From: Epithemia pelagica
Taxonomy: Eukaryota; Protista; Bacillariophyta
Direction: 5' to 3'
DNA length: 64,000 nucleotides
Assembly: GCA_946965045.2 (NCBI GenBank)
Contig: OX337234.1
Span: 3,348,001 to 3,412,000, forward strand
Shown piece by piece: positions 20,419 through 32,700 of the stretch; positions within the stretch are counted from its first letter, which is position 1, and every line of letters starts with the position of its first letter. The position numbers and the translations under genes are program-made. The notes under the pieces were generated by a model. It was not told where the DNA came from. It saw only the letters and a list, made by a program, of their open reading frames with translations, and ran no database searches.

Positions 20419-23400
20419 AGAACTGATGGACAAACTCATGATCTGTGCCAACCAAGAAAGTGACATTCTGTACTGACCAGAAGAGCCGAGTTTGTTCATG
20501 GGTCGTTGTGTGGCTGGTGGCCTTCCCCATTTCATGGCTCATTATGGTTCATCTGTGGATTTTGGATTTGTCTCGGAACTCGGAAGCACCGGTTGTCCTC
20601 CGGTCGCATTTGTATGGGCTATAATCTTTGATGGGGAGTAGTGAGTAGTGTAAATTATGGGCTTAGCACTTAGCAACTCACTTACCACAGAACACAGAAC
20701 ATTCGCCATTAATTCCCCTCCATATTGGTGAGGCGGCCAGACATATCCCCAACCCTATCTTTTTTTAATATCGCCCGCCACTGCTCCAGGTAGCTCTAAG
20801 TATCTCTAATTGCCAACACCGTTTCATACAGGTCGGCTTGCGTCCAGTGGTTTCTGAATGCTCATAAATTTGGGCAACCCTCTTGTTCTCGTCTGTCACA
20901 AAACCCAAAACCGAGGCAAATGCTTGACCATGACGTGAGGCAAGAACCATGGACGGATCATGCTGGGCTGAATTGCATTTAACTTCTCACTACTGCTGCT
21001 TGTTTCAAATCTTGTCGTCTCCTTTTGTTAGGATTCTCACCGAAAACTAGGTGGCGAAACCTACAACTCATCGAATGATGCTAGTATTTTATGGCATCCG
21101 ATGACATTTTCCTAAAAGTGAGAAAAGAATGTCGGCATGCTCGCGAAACTATAAATTTGGCCACGGCATGCTCGCAGTGCACGCGTTATCGGCGACCGCT
21201 CGGATATTAACTATGGCCCAACACGTGCGCGCCCAAAACTATCAAGTGCGCGCCTCTACTATCCGAGTACGCGCATCCACGATTCGACCTAACGGTCTAT
21301 GTAATCAAAGCACGAATCACGATCACGCGAGACCATATCTCTGTTCCCACAAATCCAAGAATGCAAACAGCAACGCGCCCAGGACAAGACTTATACCACG
21401 ACAAAGCAAGAGCTGTTGCATCCCATACGTGTTATCCATCACCCTATACATTCAATATACACCAATGCCGGTCTACTCCAACCAGTGAGGACCTATCACA
21501 CCAGATCCATGGCCGTATACAAGAGCCAGGACTTCGGCACCATCAACCACCTTAGTTAGTAATCGTCTCACAATCATTAATATCACCATTTTAACACTCA
21601 TCTTAAGACTAACCTCTTATCAGTGGACCGACTGCCCCCACCCACGGCGGACTTCGACTTGCAACTCTTCTCTGACCCGTGGAGGATTGTTGTATCGGTT
21701 GGTGATTCGATTGTCGGCTCAGCGAGCCTTTTACCTATCCTACCTATCTGTCTAACCCCTGTTGAATCGAGAGAAGTTTATCACCTTTTCTTTCTTCTTA
21801 CTCATCACTGCTGCAATCCTTCCTTTTGTTCTTGCATGATCCTTTGGATTTGTCTCATGTTGTACGAGTAGACTGGGTATAAGCTGCTTGTGGTCAAGTG
21901 GAATATCCTTCCCTTTCCCCTTCTTGTAATTCTTTTGTCGTTTGATTGTTGGCTGGTTGGTTACTTTCATGTTTCCTGTAGGATAGATGATTCACTATTC
22001 ATAGTATCATTGTCAATCATTTCTCAACGACCGCAAATTTTGTTGTTTTTGCTTCAAGTAGATGGATGGCTCCATCTTGCTCTTGCCACTTGCCACACCC
22101 TACTTTCCAATTATCAGCTCCTAGAGCTAGAGTCAAACAGCGAATGATTCAATTTGTAGCTGTACAAGCGTGTAAGAGCTGCTCTGTCGTGTGTTCATGG
22201 TGAAACTGAGGGTCATTGACGTGCTCAAAACAGAAAACTGATGTACTACACGAATACAGAAGGCACTAAACTCTATGGATGGCTAGCACTTGAGTTCTAT
22301 TTCTAGTTAATAAAGAAAAGGAGGTCTATAGTCTGTGGATAAATGCAATGGAAGTTATGGGTATCATTTCGACAGAAATGAACAATGGCAAGTAATGAGC
22401 TGCTGAGCCAGAGACACAGCAGATGAGCAGACTCTCGTCCCATGAGCAGAGCAAGCAAAAGTGACAAGTGTGAGTGAGCATGAGCAATGTAATTGTCATG
22501 GCAATCCTCAATGGATCAAGCTCACCTGGAATGTCATTGATACGATGTGCTTTGGCAAGAGAAAAGGATTGTGTGCTTGTCCGGTATTATGAATTATGAA
22601 ACAACCAATCGTCATCCACGCAGGGCCGCTTGCTGGCAGTTGGAGAGCTGGCAAAGCCACCCCATTCGAGAGCAAGCTTTCCCTAGCACGTGTCCACGAA
22701 ACGCGACCGAGTTTGGTCTGGCCGCCTCACCAATATGGAGGGGAAATAATGGCGAATGAAAACAGAAGAGACCTAACCCGTTATTGTAACATTCGGAACG
22801 CGATCATTGATCATGTATGAAATCAGTCACGATGGGACATTTGTAAACTACAGCCCGCATCTGGATCAATGCATTCTCCTTGCTACACCGGAATAGACCG
22901 ACCTGACTGTACGAAGGATTTGGTACTTTTTCGCCTATTGTGGGAGTGCTCGCTCTTCCGGAGAACAAACGCCCCATGCAGGAATTTCGATGCGCGATCG
23001 GCGTGTTCTGCTGTCTTGTCTGTGTCTCTCTTGTCCGGTGAAAGTCTAAGGCAATACAGAAAAAATCAACGGTAACATCCTTCACGACAATCTCATTGAT
23101 TTTCCAAAGAAAATAAAGCATTTCTCAACGAGCACCTCCGTTGTGCCCAGATTCGTTTCGATACAGACAGGCGAAAGAAGAGTAACGAAAAAGAGGAGAG
23201 GACGAACGATAAGGGGGACGACAAGAAGAAGAGGAGGACGAGGACGAGAAGAAGAAGATTCGGGGGAGAGGGAGGAGACGAGGACAACGACTTGGCACTT
23301 TTGGCGTATCTTTGTGTTGAGGCAACCTGAACGGTGCTTAAATTCTTGACTTGTTTGTTGCTAGATAGTTTTGGACATTCTTGCCTGTTCCTGTTCCTCA

Positions 23401-23498
23401 TGCCATTGTCGTTGTCCTCGTCGGAAGAAACCAATGAGGAACATTTGTTGACACAACAACCGCCACCCCGTGTCGTTACTTCCTCTTTACCAGCAGCC

Positions 23499-26400
23499 AT
23501 GGAGGACCAAAGTGTTTCGTCGTCCACATTTATAGACAGTCTTTCGGATTTGGGCTTTTCGGGAGCGTTGGACGATGATACCGAAACAGAATATCCAGAA
23601 CAAGAAGAAGAAGAAGACACGAGGAACAACAGCCCCAACAACCAGAACGATGGCGATCCAAACACTCACAAACCAGATGAGAATGACGACGACAATGGAT
23701 CGGTCGATAGTATGGAGGACCGTCAAGAACAAACAGAGGAGGCCAAAAAGAGGGCACGGTCTCGACACTTGTGGGGTGTCTTGGCGCCCACCACCATGGC
23801 CTTGGGGACCATGTTGACCAAGGTCAGTCACGACAATGGACTCGTCGATGAAGACGATGTGATTGCAGCCGCCGTCCTGCTCAAGGAATCCACGACCTCG
23901 ACCGTGACATCGACCACCACGACTGGCGCGGCAGGAGGCAATGCCACGGCAGCCACTACCACGGCAACCTCGGCTCAGTAAGTACCGACGAGGAGAACGT
24001 AGCATCGAACGAGTTGTGGTTGTTGTTGTGTGTTTGTCTCATGCACATTTGTTTACGGTACAACTACATAATTTGTTTGGACTCTCTCTCGTGTTTAGAA
24101 TGCAAGCAGCACTTCAACAAATGGCCGTGGCGGCCGCCAACAATGCAGCCGGTTCCGCTGCCACTGGTACGTATCGGCAGGAAGGTGCCTTGCCTTGGAA
24201 ATCAATGTATACACAGTCATTGCTCTCATGGCCTAGGTTTGTTGTTTCATCTTGAGAACAGCCAGTACGGCCTCTTCGGCCGCAGCGGCGGCCGCTGCTG
24301 CGACTACTACAACTACCGTTGCCACCAGTACGGCCGTTCCCGTGACGGCGACGGCAACTGTTGTGGCGGCAGCGGCCGTGGCGGGCAATTATTTATGGGT
24401 CGAACCGTCCCTGGCAACCTATTATTGTCCCAATGTGACGAATCCGATTGAAAAACGAGCGACCATGACGTTGAATTTTATCCGCAACCAGGAGCAAGAG
24501 GATACGAGTCTCGTCCAGTTTCAACCCTTGACCTTGGATCAAGGAGCTCAATTGGAAACAGTGTTTAACGACACGTACAATGATTTGTTGGGATTTTGTG
24601 GCAAACCGTTGGATCGTGTCATTACCAATGTCTCGGTGGACTGTGACGATGACCAAGGGTCTTGTTGTTCCGTTCTGGAACAGACACTGTTGTACGGGGA
24701 CGTTTTGCAATGCAATTTGACCGCCTTTTTCTGGTGCGATGGATGTGAAGGATTGTTTGATGGATTAGTAGAAGGATTGGACGACGAGGAACATGAAGGC
24801 TTGGTCGGAGCCACCCTGGTGGGGGACGAGACCAACAATAACGTGCAACCCAGCAGCGGCACCACGGCGACTACGACTAGTACTACGGCTACGGTGGACG
24901 CTTTGTCGACCGGAATCACCCCGGCAGAACCCATGGAGTACTCGGTTCCAACCACAACTAGTAGTACGACGGCGGCTGCGTTGGAATCCTTGGAATACTA
25001 CGACAGCACACTGCCAATGACAACAACGGCGGAGGGAGACGAGGACCCACAAACAACAAATGCCAATGTATTTTCGTTCCATGACAAGTCCTCGGACCAG
25101 GAAGTCAACCATGATCCTTCTGGAACTGTCCTTCCACCAGAAGCAATCACTAATCCATCAAAGTCCACTTCAGCATCATCATCAGCAGCATCGCTGGTTT
25201 CCACCAAGACCGGAATAGGGGACGACCCAGACGAAGTGAGCAATGTCTTTTCGTCGTCCTTTCCTTTTCAACCATCGGAACCGGAAACATACAATGTTGC
25301 TAGTTTTTCGTTTACAAGAGAATCTTCATTGTCGGGGGACTCTGTCGACGATCCAATGAGTCAGGGATCCACCAATGGGGAAGTCGTAATGTTGGTTGGT
25401 ATCTCGGGAATGACGGTCGTGGATGGTGCGGCGATTCCCATTTATCCTACACGGAATTTCCGTCTCGTGGAGAATCCTCTCAAGGCTGGAAAAGCCTCCC
25501 GGACTGAGTCCGTCTCCGATGCCAATGTGTTTGGTAAGCATGAGGGTGAGCCGTTTTCTTCTGAGACGGGGAACTATAACGCCAATGCCAATATGTTTGG
25601 CAAGCATGACGAGGGTATGACGTTTTCTTTTGAGACGGGCAACGACAGGTACAGACGTCGAGCTTTGAACGAATTACCCGAAAATTGCTCTGAAGAGTCG
25701 TCCTCTGGCTTTTGGACGTGTTTGCAGACAGCTACTTGTGCCGAAATTGGGCTTTGTGTCACTATAGCTCGAGTTGATGCCCTTTACGAATTTGAACGGA
25801 TGCTAACGCCCATCACAAATGCAAATGCGGGAGATGAGGACGTGGTCATTGAACCCACTGAGAAAGACGATGCCAACACAGATTTCCTGGAAGCAGAACC
25901 CTTTACCGAACCAGTTTCTGAAACGATTACATTGGTTCCACCGATTACGTTGGCTCCAACAGTATCTGTAGCACCGAGCCTCCAGTCTTCTTTCCTGCCA
26001 TCGCTGTCGCCTAGCATGGCGCCATCGGGCTCACCATCAGAGGGTCCCACTTCTGTCCCAAGCACAACGCCATCACAATCACCCTCCCTCTCTCCTAGCA
26101 GCCAGCCAAGCTTTGTTCCGAGCGAAACTCCCTCAGAACGACCGTCGCTGTCTCTAACCGAAACACCAAGTTCTGCCCCCTCTTCCATTCCAACAGCGAT
26201 GCCCTCTTCAAAGCCTTCGGACAAACCCTCTGTTTCTCCAAGTTTCGTTCCGACCGATATGCCTTCTGTTATGCCATCCGTTGAACCGTCGAATGAGCCA
26301 TCGCTGTTGCCGTCGTCATTGCCGACGGCCGGTCCGAGTAAATCGCCGTCCGACATTCCAAGCTCAAGTCCTTCGAGTTTACCTTCGACTTCTCCGGTTG

Positions 26401-28910
26401 CTACACCAAGTGATTCGCCTTCTGGAGATCCTTCCGCGTATCCCTCATCCACACCCAGTGTACATCCTTCTGATCGACCATCACTACAACCTTCGCCCTC
26501 GCCCACGGATGTCCCGTCAACCCTACCTAGTCCGAATCCCAGCACAAATCCTAGTGATCTAACGAGCACTCGACCAAGCAGCATACCAAGCCCAGGGCCC
26601 TCTATGGTACCAAGCACAGATCCCTCTCCATCTCCAAGCATGGTACCTAGCCAAAGACCAAGTCCGTTCCCCTCATTATTGCCTAGCTCAGAACCATCTT
26701 TGAGCCCGTCCACCGAACCTAGTGAAGTTCCAAGTAACTCTCCAAGCATCTCTCCGAGTGACTTACCAAGCGATGTGCCCTCTCTTTCACCCACAAGCAG
26801 ACCCTCTGATCTTCCTTCATTGTTACCGTCAACTGAGCCGAGTTCTTCGCCAAGTTATCTGCCCTCATTGGAACCCAGTGGATTTCCCTCGAGTGTCCCG
26901 AGCAGCCAACCATCATTTACTCCAACCGATAAACCGAGTTCATATCCCTCGTCGACACCCTCGATGGCACCTTCTTCGATCCCAAGCATTTCTCCTAGTT
27001 CATTCCCGAGCTCAGTTCCTACAGAAGGACCAAGCGATTTACCAAGTCCATCCCCCAGTCATTCACCTACCTCCATACCCAGCAGCTCACCAACCAATAT
27101 TCCAAGTACATCTCCATCCGCTAGTCCCTCTTCGAATCCAAGCAGTATTCCCAGTTTCACCCCCAGTGACTTACCTAGTAGCAGCCCAAGCCTTAACCCA
27201 AGTCATGTTCCCTCCGAGGCACCTTCGACTCATCCAAGCGTCCGGTTAGACGAAATCCCCTCGCCAGAACCTCAACCAAGTAATGCACCAAGCCCACATC
27301 CGACGTCATTTCCAACAGTGAGACCATCAGATCATCCAACCGCAGAGCCAAGCCTATCTCCGACTGATGAACCTTCCTCAGAGCCCTCTGAGCAACCGAG
27401 TGACTCAAGCTCGGCACCCAGTTTGAAACCAAGTTTTTTACCGACATTGTCGCCATTGGCGTCTCCAACCCTTAAGCCCAGCACATATCCGTCTTCACCG
27501 CCCAGTGATTCACCTTCACAAGAACCTTCTTTTGACCCTAGTTACTCACCATCCGATAGCCCAAGCGCAGATCCAAGTCGTAGTCCATCTCATTCACCAA
27601 GCGATGAGCCGAGCTCAGTTCCTAGTGTGATACCGTCTTCAGAACCCAGTGGATTACCCTCTTCCATGCCAAGCATGATACCATCGTCGGAACCGAGTGC
27701 TTTTCCATCGGGGCAACCGAGTTTCGTACCGTCATCAGAACCTAGTGGTTTTCCTTCTTTTTTACCAAGTATGGTCCCCTCGGTGCAACCGAGCTCGTTA
27801 CCAAGTTTGGTACCGTCGTCAGAACCAAGCCTAGAACCGTCTTCTATACCAACCGTACCCCCTTCTGAAGAGCCAAGCAATTATCCGAGTTACGTTCCAT
27901 CGGGGCTCCCATCAGTAAATCCAAGTTTCGCTCCGAGCTTAGAACCATCAGTGGAGCCTTCATTAGATCCAAGTGAACCACCGTCGTTGGAACCCTCCCT
28001 ACATCCTTCGAGTTTTCCTTCAGAGAATCCATCCGCAACCCCGAGTTCTGTTCCGACGGCTTATCCTACTGAAAGTCCCTCTACGTTTCCCACTTTCAAA
28101 CCGAGCGATGAGCCCTCTGAATTTCCCAGCTCGCCTCCTTCAATCAATCCCAGTACACCCCCTTCCGAGATGCCGTCAATTGCTCCGGCCGAAATGCCAT
28201 CTTTTCAACCTTCACGATCTCCCTCTTCTGAACCGTCAGCTTTCCCATCCACATCATTTCCCAGCGACAGTCCCAGCTCACAACCAAGTGTACAACCCTC
28301 TTCTGAACCATCAGCTTTTCCATCGACATCGTTTCCCAGCGACAATCCAAGTACTCAACCCAGTACTCAGCCCTCTTCTGAACCATCAGCTTTTCCATCG
28401 ACATCGTTTCCCAGCGACAATCCAAGCACACAACCCAGTACACAACCCTCTTCTGAACCATCAGCTTTCCCAACGTCTTCTCCGACTGCAACAAATCCAG
28501 AAATTGAGTTCTTTGAGTTTTTCAATGCAGACGAAAATATTTCTTTTATATTGGATTCAGGGAAGGTCTATGGATGCAACGAACTGTACAGAAGGATGAT
28601 TGGAAATGAATGGTTTATCGTTCCGAAAATTACTTATCCCGACAAGGTTAGTCGGGTGTACTATTTAGGGGGATTTTCGAGCGTACTAGATGCATCGGCA
28701 TCGGAACGATCCTTCGCTAATGAGACGGTCAGCGAAAAACCTTTCGGTGTCTCCGTTATCATTTATCCGGACCCGGAAACTATATTATATCTTGCTCTGG
28801 AAGTTGACGTGTTCTCGAAGGACGATACAGACAATGCAGCTAGTACCTACAGAGTCAGCTTCGGACTCGATGTGTGCGAAGAGTCGCCCTTTCTTGTTGT
28901 ACCAATATAG
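23499..28910 (+). CDS. Membrane-anchored Pro/Ser-rich (PSxx repeat) mucin-like protein 1, 3 exons, ~1731 aa
   Basis: Exons 23499-23977, 24099-24166 and 24262-28910. GT-AG introns give a continuous frame (5196 nt). Hydrophobic Ala/Val segment, Cys-rich domain, about 850 aa of PSxx repeats, and a ~140-aa unknown C-terminal domain. Confidence 0.8.
28221..28475 (+). repeat. 75-bp coding tandem repeat (PSSEPSAFPSTSFPSDxPSxQPSxQ), 3 full copies plus a partial
   Basis: Units start at 28221, 28296, 28371 and 28446. Confidence 0.9.
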
Positions 28911-29781
28911 AAAACGATGTGCGATAAACTTGGTTTGGTCACTTTTCTTCCTGTCTATGATGGGCATGAGCAAGCAGAAATGAAGCTTCAGAAATGAATT
29001 TGTCAATTGTGTTGCCGGCTCGTTTCGATGGAAGCTGTACAGAGGATAAAGTGCACACGAAGTCATAACGAGTACTGAACACCCTTACAACATCCATGCT
29101 TTCCCGACTATTTCGGAGAAGGAATTGTTACAGACGAGACAAGTGTACTCTAATCTCTAATATCTTTTGTCAGATTGATGAGATGTCTCTGGGATCTCTC
29201 ACAACGATAAATTTATCACCAAACGGCGACTCAACGTCCTATTGCATCTTTTCACTCTCCTCGTTTGCCTCGCAGCTATCTTGAGTGAAAGAGATGCTTG
29301 AGGGATACTTCCATAAGATAGTCCATCAATTCCATTTCGTGTCGAACAATACTATGTGGTAGATGAAAAGTAACCTTTCTCTCTCCTCTTTCCTGTGTGG
29401 GGAACGGTGCCGTTTGAAGAAAAGAATGTATCCCTAGCCCGTCTGTTAAGATTTTGTCCTCTTTCAAAGTCTCGAACCAGTGAAAGTGTAGCGTAAATCA
29501 GTCTCATTATGCATATGCGTGTTGGTAGATGTGCAGAACATGGAATATCAAGTCTGAACTTGTGAAGAAGGGCAGTTATTGGCTTCTCTGAGACTTTTCC
29601 CCCGGATCCACGTGAAATCGAGACCAGGACAGGCTGTACGCGGCCGATAAAGAAAGCGACATCTGACGTACAAGAAATACCCATCCATGCGCCCAGTTAC
29701 TTTCTGATTGTAAATTTCCCTACAAAGTCGATGAGATTCTATGCCGAAATCCGATGATCGACCGACCACACTGCAGTGTAT

Positions 29782-32700
29782 CTAGACGCAGTCGTCTTCA
29801 CTGAATTGGAACGATGTAACATCGTGAAAATCTGTAGCGCCTCCTGTTCCTGCTGAGAAACCAATATACACCTGGTCACCATCAAATATACTGGAAAGGT
29901 CAACAGTTTCCGTCAGGACATGGTGTTTTTCAAGTCCTTGAGGATCGAGGTATACAGTCAATGTCTGATTGGAGCAATACGTGATCCACACTCGACCTGG
30001 TACGGCGCATTCACAGCTCCACGGTTGAAACTCGCTTGGGGTTCGAAACTTGCTTGGCACTTCTGTTATCTCAGTCAAACTACCATTGCCATATGCCACA
30101 ACAACATGGATACGATTTTCCCCCTCGTCCAGTGTGTCTTCATTAAACCCTGAACATGAAAGAAGGCACATTATGAGAGCAGTCGTAAACATGCATGAAT
30201 CCCAGCCTACCTGCCAACTTACACGAATCAAGTTCAACGAAAAAACCTGGCTTCACATCAGCATTCGTACCATCATAAATGCCAAGGTCTCCACCCTTTC
30301 CTCCCAGTGCCAATTCATTACGAGAGTCTTGGTGAATCACAAAGGCCATTCCGTCTCCTTTCAAGGTGCTATCACCATAGATGCGGTATCCAAACGACGC
30401 TGTAAATGTCTTGTTACTGTTACTGCTTGCAAAAGTATATTCCTGATAAGCGGCCGCTTTGGAGTTTTGCGCTCCATTCGCTGGAAGTCGAATAAAACAC
30501 TTGTTGGACCAACCAGGGACTTGCGAGAAGTCCGCGTTAGTAGACAAAACAAAAGGAGAGTTGTTGCAGTCAAAGCTATTCACAAAGGTACCACTGTTGC
30601 AAAGCTCAATGTTAGAGCACTGTCCCGTGTTTTCATCGCATATATCGGCGGTACAGTTGTCATCATCGTTACAATCACAGCTAAATGATGGGGATACGGA
30701 CGGTGTAGAAGAGGGGTTCAACGAAACCGATGGTATGGTCGAAGGCGAACCGGATGGCGTTGTAGAGGGAAATGTGGAGGGGATTGGCGAGGGAACAGCA
30801 GAAGGCATGATGGATAAACTCGGCGAGGTAGAAGGAGCACCACTTGGAACCAACGATGGCAGGACACTTGGTGCAGACGTCTCACTGGGTGAACCAGAAG
30901 GAAGTTGTGAAGGTGCCTGGCTCGGAGATGACGAGGGATTCGCACTCGGTGTACCGGACGGCTCGACTGAGGGTGATTCACTAGGAAGCGAAGAAGGAAA
31001 GGAGCTTGGTTCTTGACTTGGTTCCAACGACGGTATCGCACTCGGTGAACTGGATGGAGCATCAGATGGTGATTCACTGGGAAGAGTAGAAGGAAAGGAG
31101 CTTGGTTCTTGGCTTGGTTCCAAAGACGGTGTCGCACTCGGTGAACCGGAGGGAGCATCAGACGGTGATTCACTGGGAAGCGAAGAAGGAGAGGAGCTTG
31201 GTTCTTGACTTGGGCCCAACGAAGGTGAATCACTCGGTAAGCTTGTCGGGTCGTATGATGGGTAGGCACTTGGATCCGCCGAAGGTAGTGAACTAGGCTC
31301 GCTGCTTGGTTCTCCTGAGGGTGCGCTGCTTGGATATAGACTTGGTTCGTGGCTCGGTTCGACGGAAGGAATTGACGAAGGAAAAGCACTTGGAATGGCG
31401 CTGGGAATAAACGAAGGGCTCGGAGAAGGTTCTTTACTGGGATCAGTGGAAGGTAATACACTGGGAAACGCTGTGGGTCTTTCGGTGGGAAGGGAAGTAG
31501 GAGTAGTGCTTGGTATAAAAGAAGGGAGGAGTGATGGGCTTTCACTCGCAAGGGAAGTCGGCCGTTCACTTGGTAGAGCCGTTTCGCTCGGAACGGAGCT
31601 TGGATTTGGAGTAATGGCTGTTGGTGGAACCTGAGTTGGCTCAAGGCTTGGATGCATGGAGCGTAGTCGACTCGGATGATCACTGGGTAAGTTGCTTGGT
31701 GTTTCAGATGGCAGAGTACTCGGGTGAGATGAAGGATACGAACTCGGGGATACAGAGGGAATCTGTGAAGGAACATGCGATGGACTTAAAGTTGGGAAGT
31801 CTGACGGATTATTCGATGGTCCCGAAGACGGCTCCAGAGAGGGAGAGTTACTGGGAGTCGTACTTGGTGAAGAAGAAGGGCTACTGCTGGGCATATATGT
31901 TGGTCTCGTTGACGGTAAAATGGAAGGTAAATTCGAAGGTGAGTCACTTGGATTCGAAGACGGCTTTTCACTCGGCAAATTTGAAGGCGACATGGAGGGG
32001 AAGAAAGATGGAAGGTTGGTTGGATGGAATGAAGGAGATGGACTTGGATGATCTGAAGGAGGTGAACTGGGATTTGAGCTTGGGTCCGAAGACGGGTATG
32101 TTGTCGGAGAATCCGAGGGATGAATGCTCGGCGATGCGCTTGGGATTTCTGACCTGGAGGCACTGGGACCTGAGCTAGGTTTGTCACTCGGTTGAAAACT
32201 TGGAAGTGTGCTCGGATTGTTTGATGCCAAGGCACTCGGACTGTGGCTTTGAGTCGGAGTCATTGTATCGTTGACGCTCGGGCTACTGCTCGGTCTTGAT
32301 GATGGAAGATTGCTAGGAAGATGATCACTTGGCTCCTGAGATGGAACGAATGAAGGAATAGACGAAGGGGACGAAGAAGGATCCCCGGTTGGTGTTGCAG
32401 TCGGCTCAGAGCTAGGGAGGGGACTTGGTGGGACGCTAGGGTCTGGTGACGGTTGTACCGATGGAAGCTCTGACGGTAGCGTACTCGGACTCAAGCTTGG
32501 GAGTAACGAAGGTCTTTCAGATGGTATCACGGACGGCTCGTGGCTGGGCGAATGGCTGGGTAGTGAACTTGGATGATCCGTTGGGATTGAGCTCGGGGAC
32601 TGGCTGGGAGGGTGAGAAGGCGTTGCGGACGGAAGGGAGCTTGGATCTTTGGACGGCATATCACTTGGAGCAAAGGAAGGATGGTCGGATGGCCTTGTGG

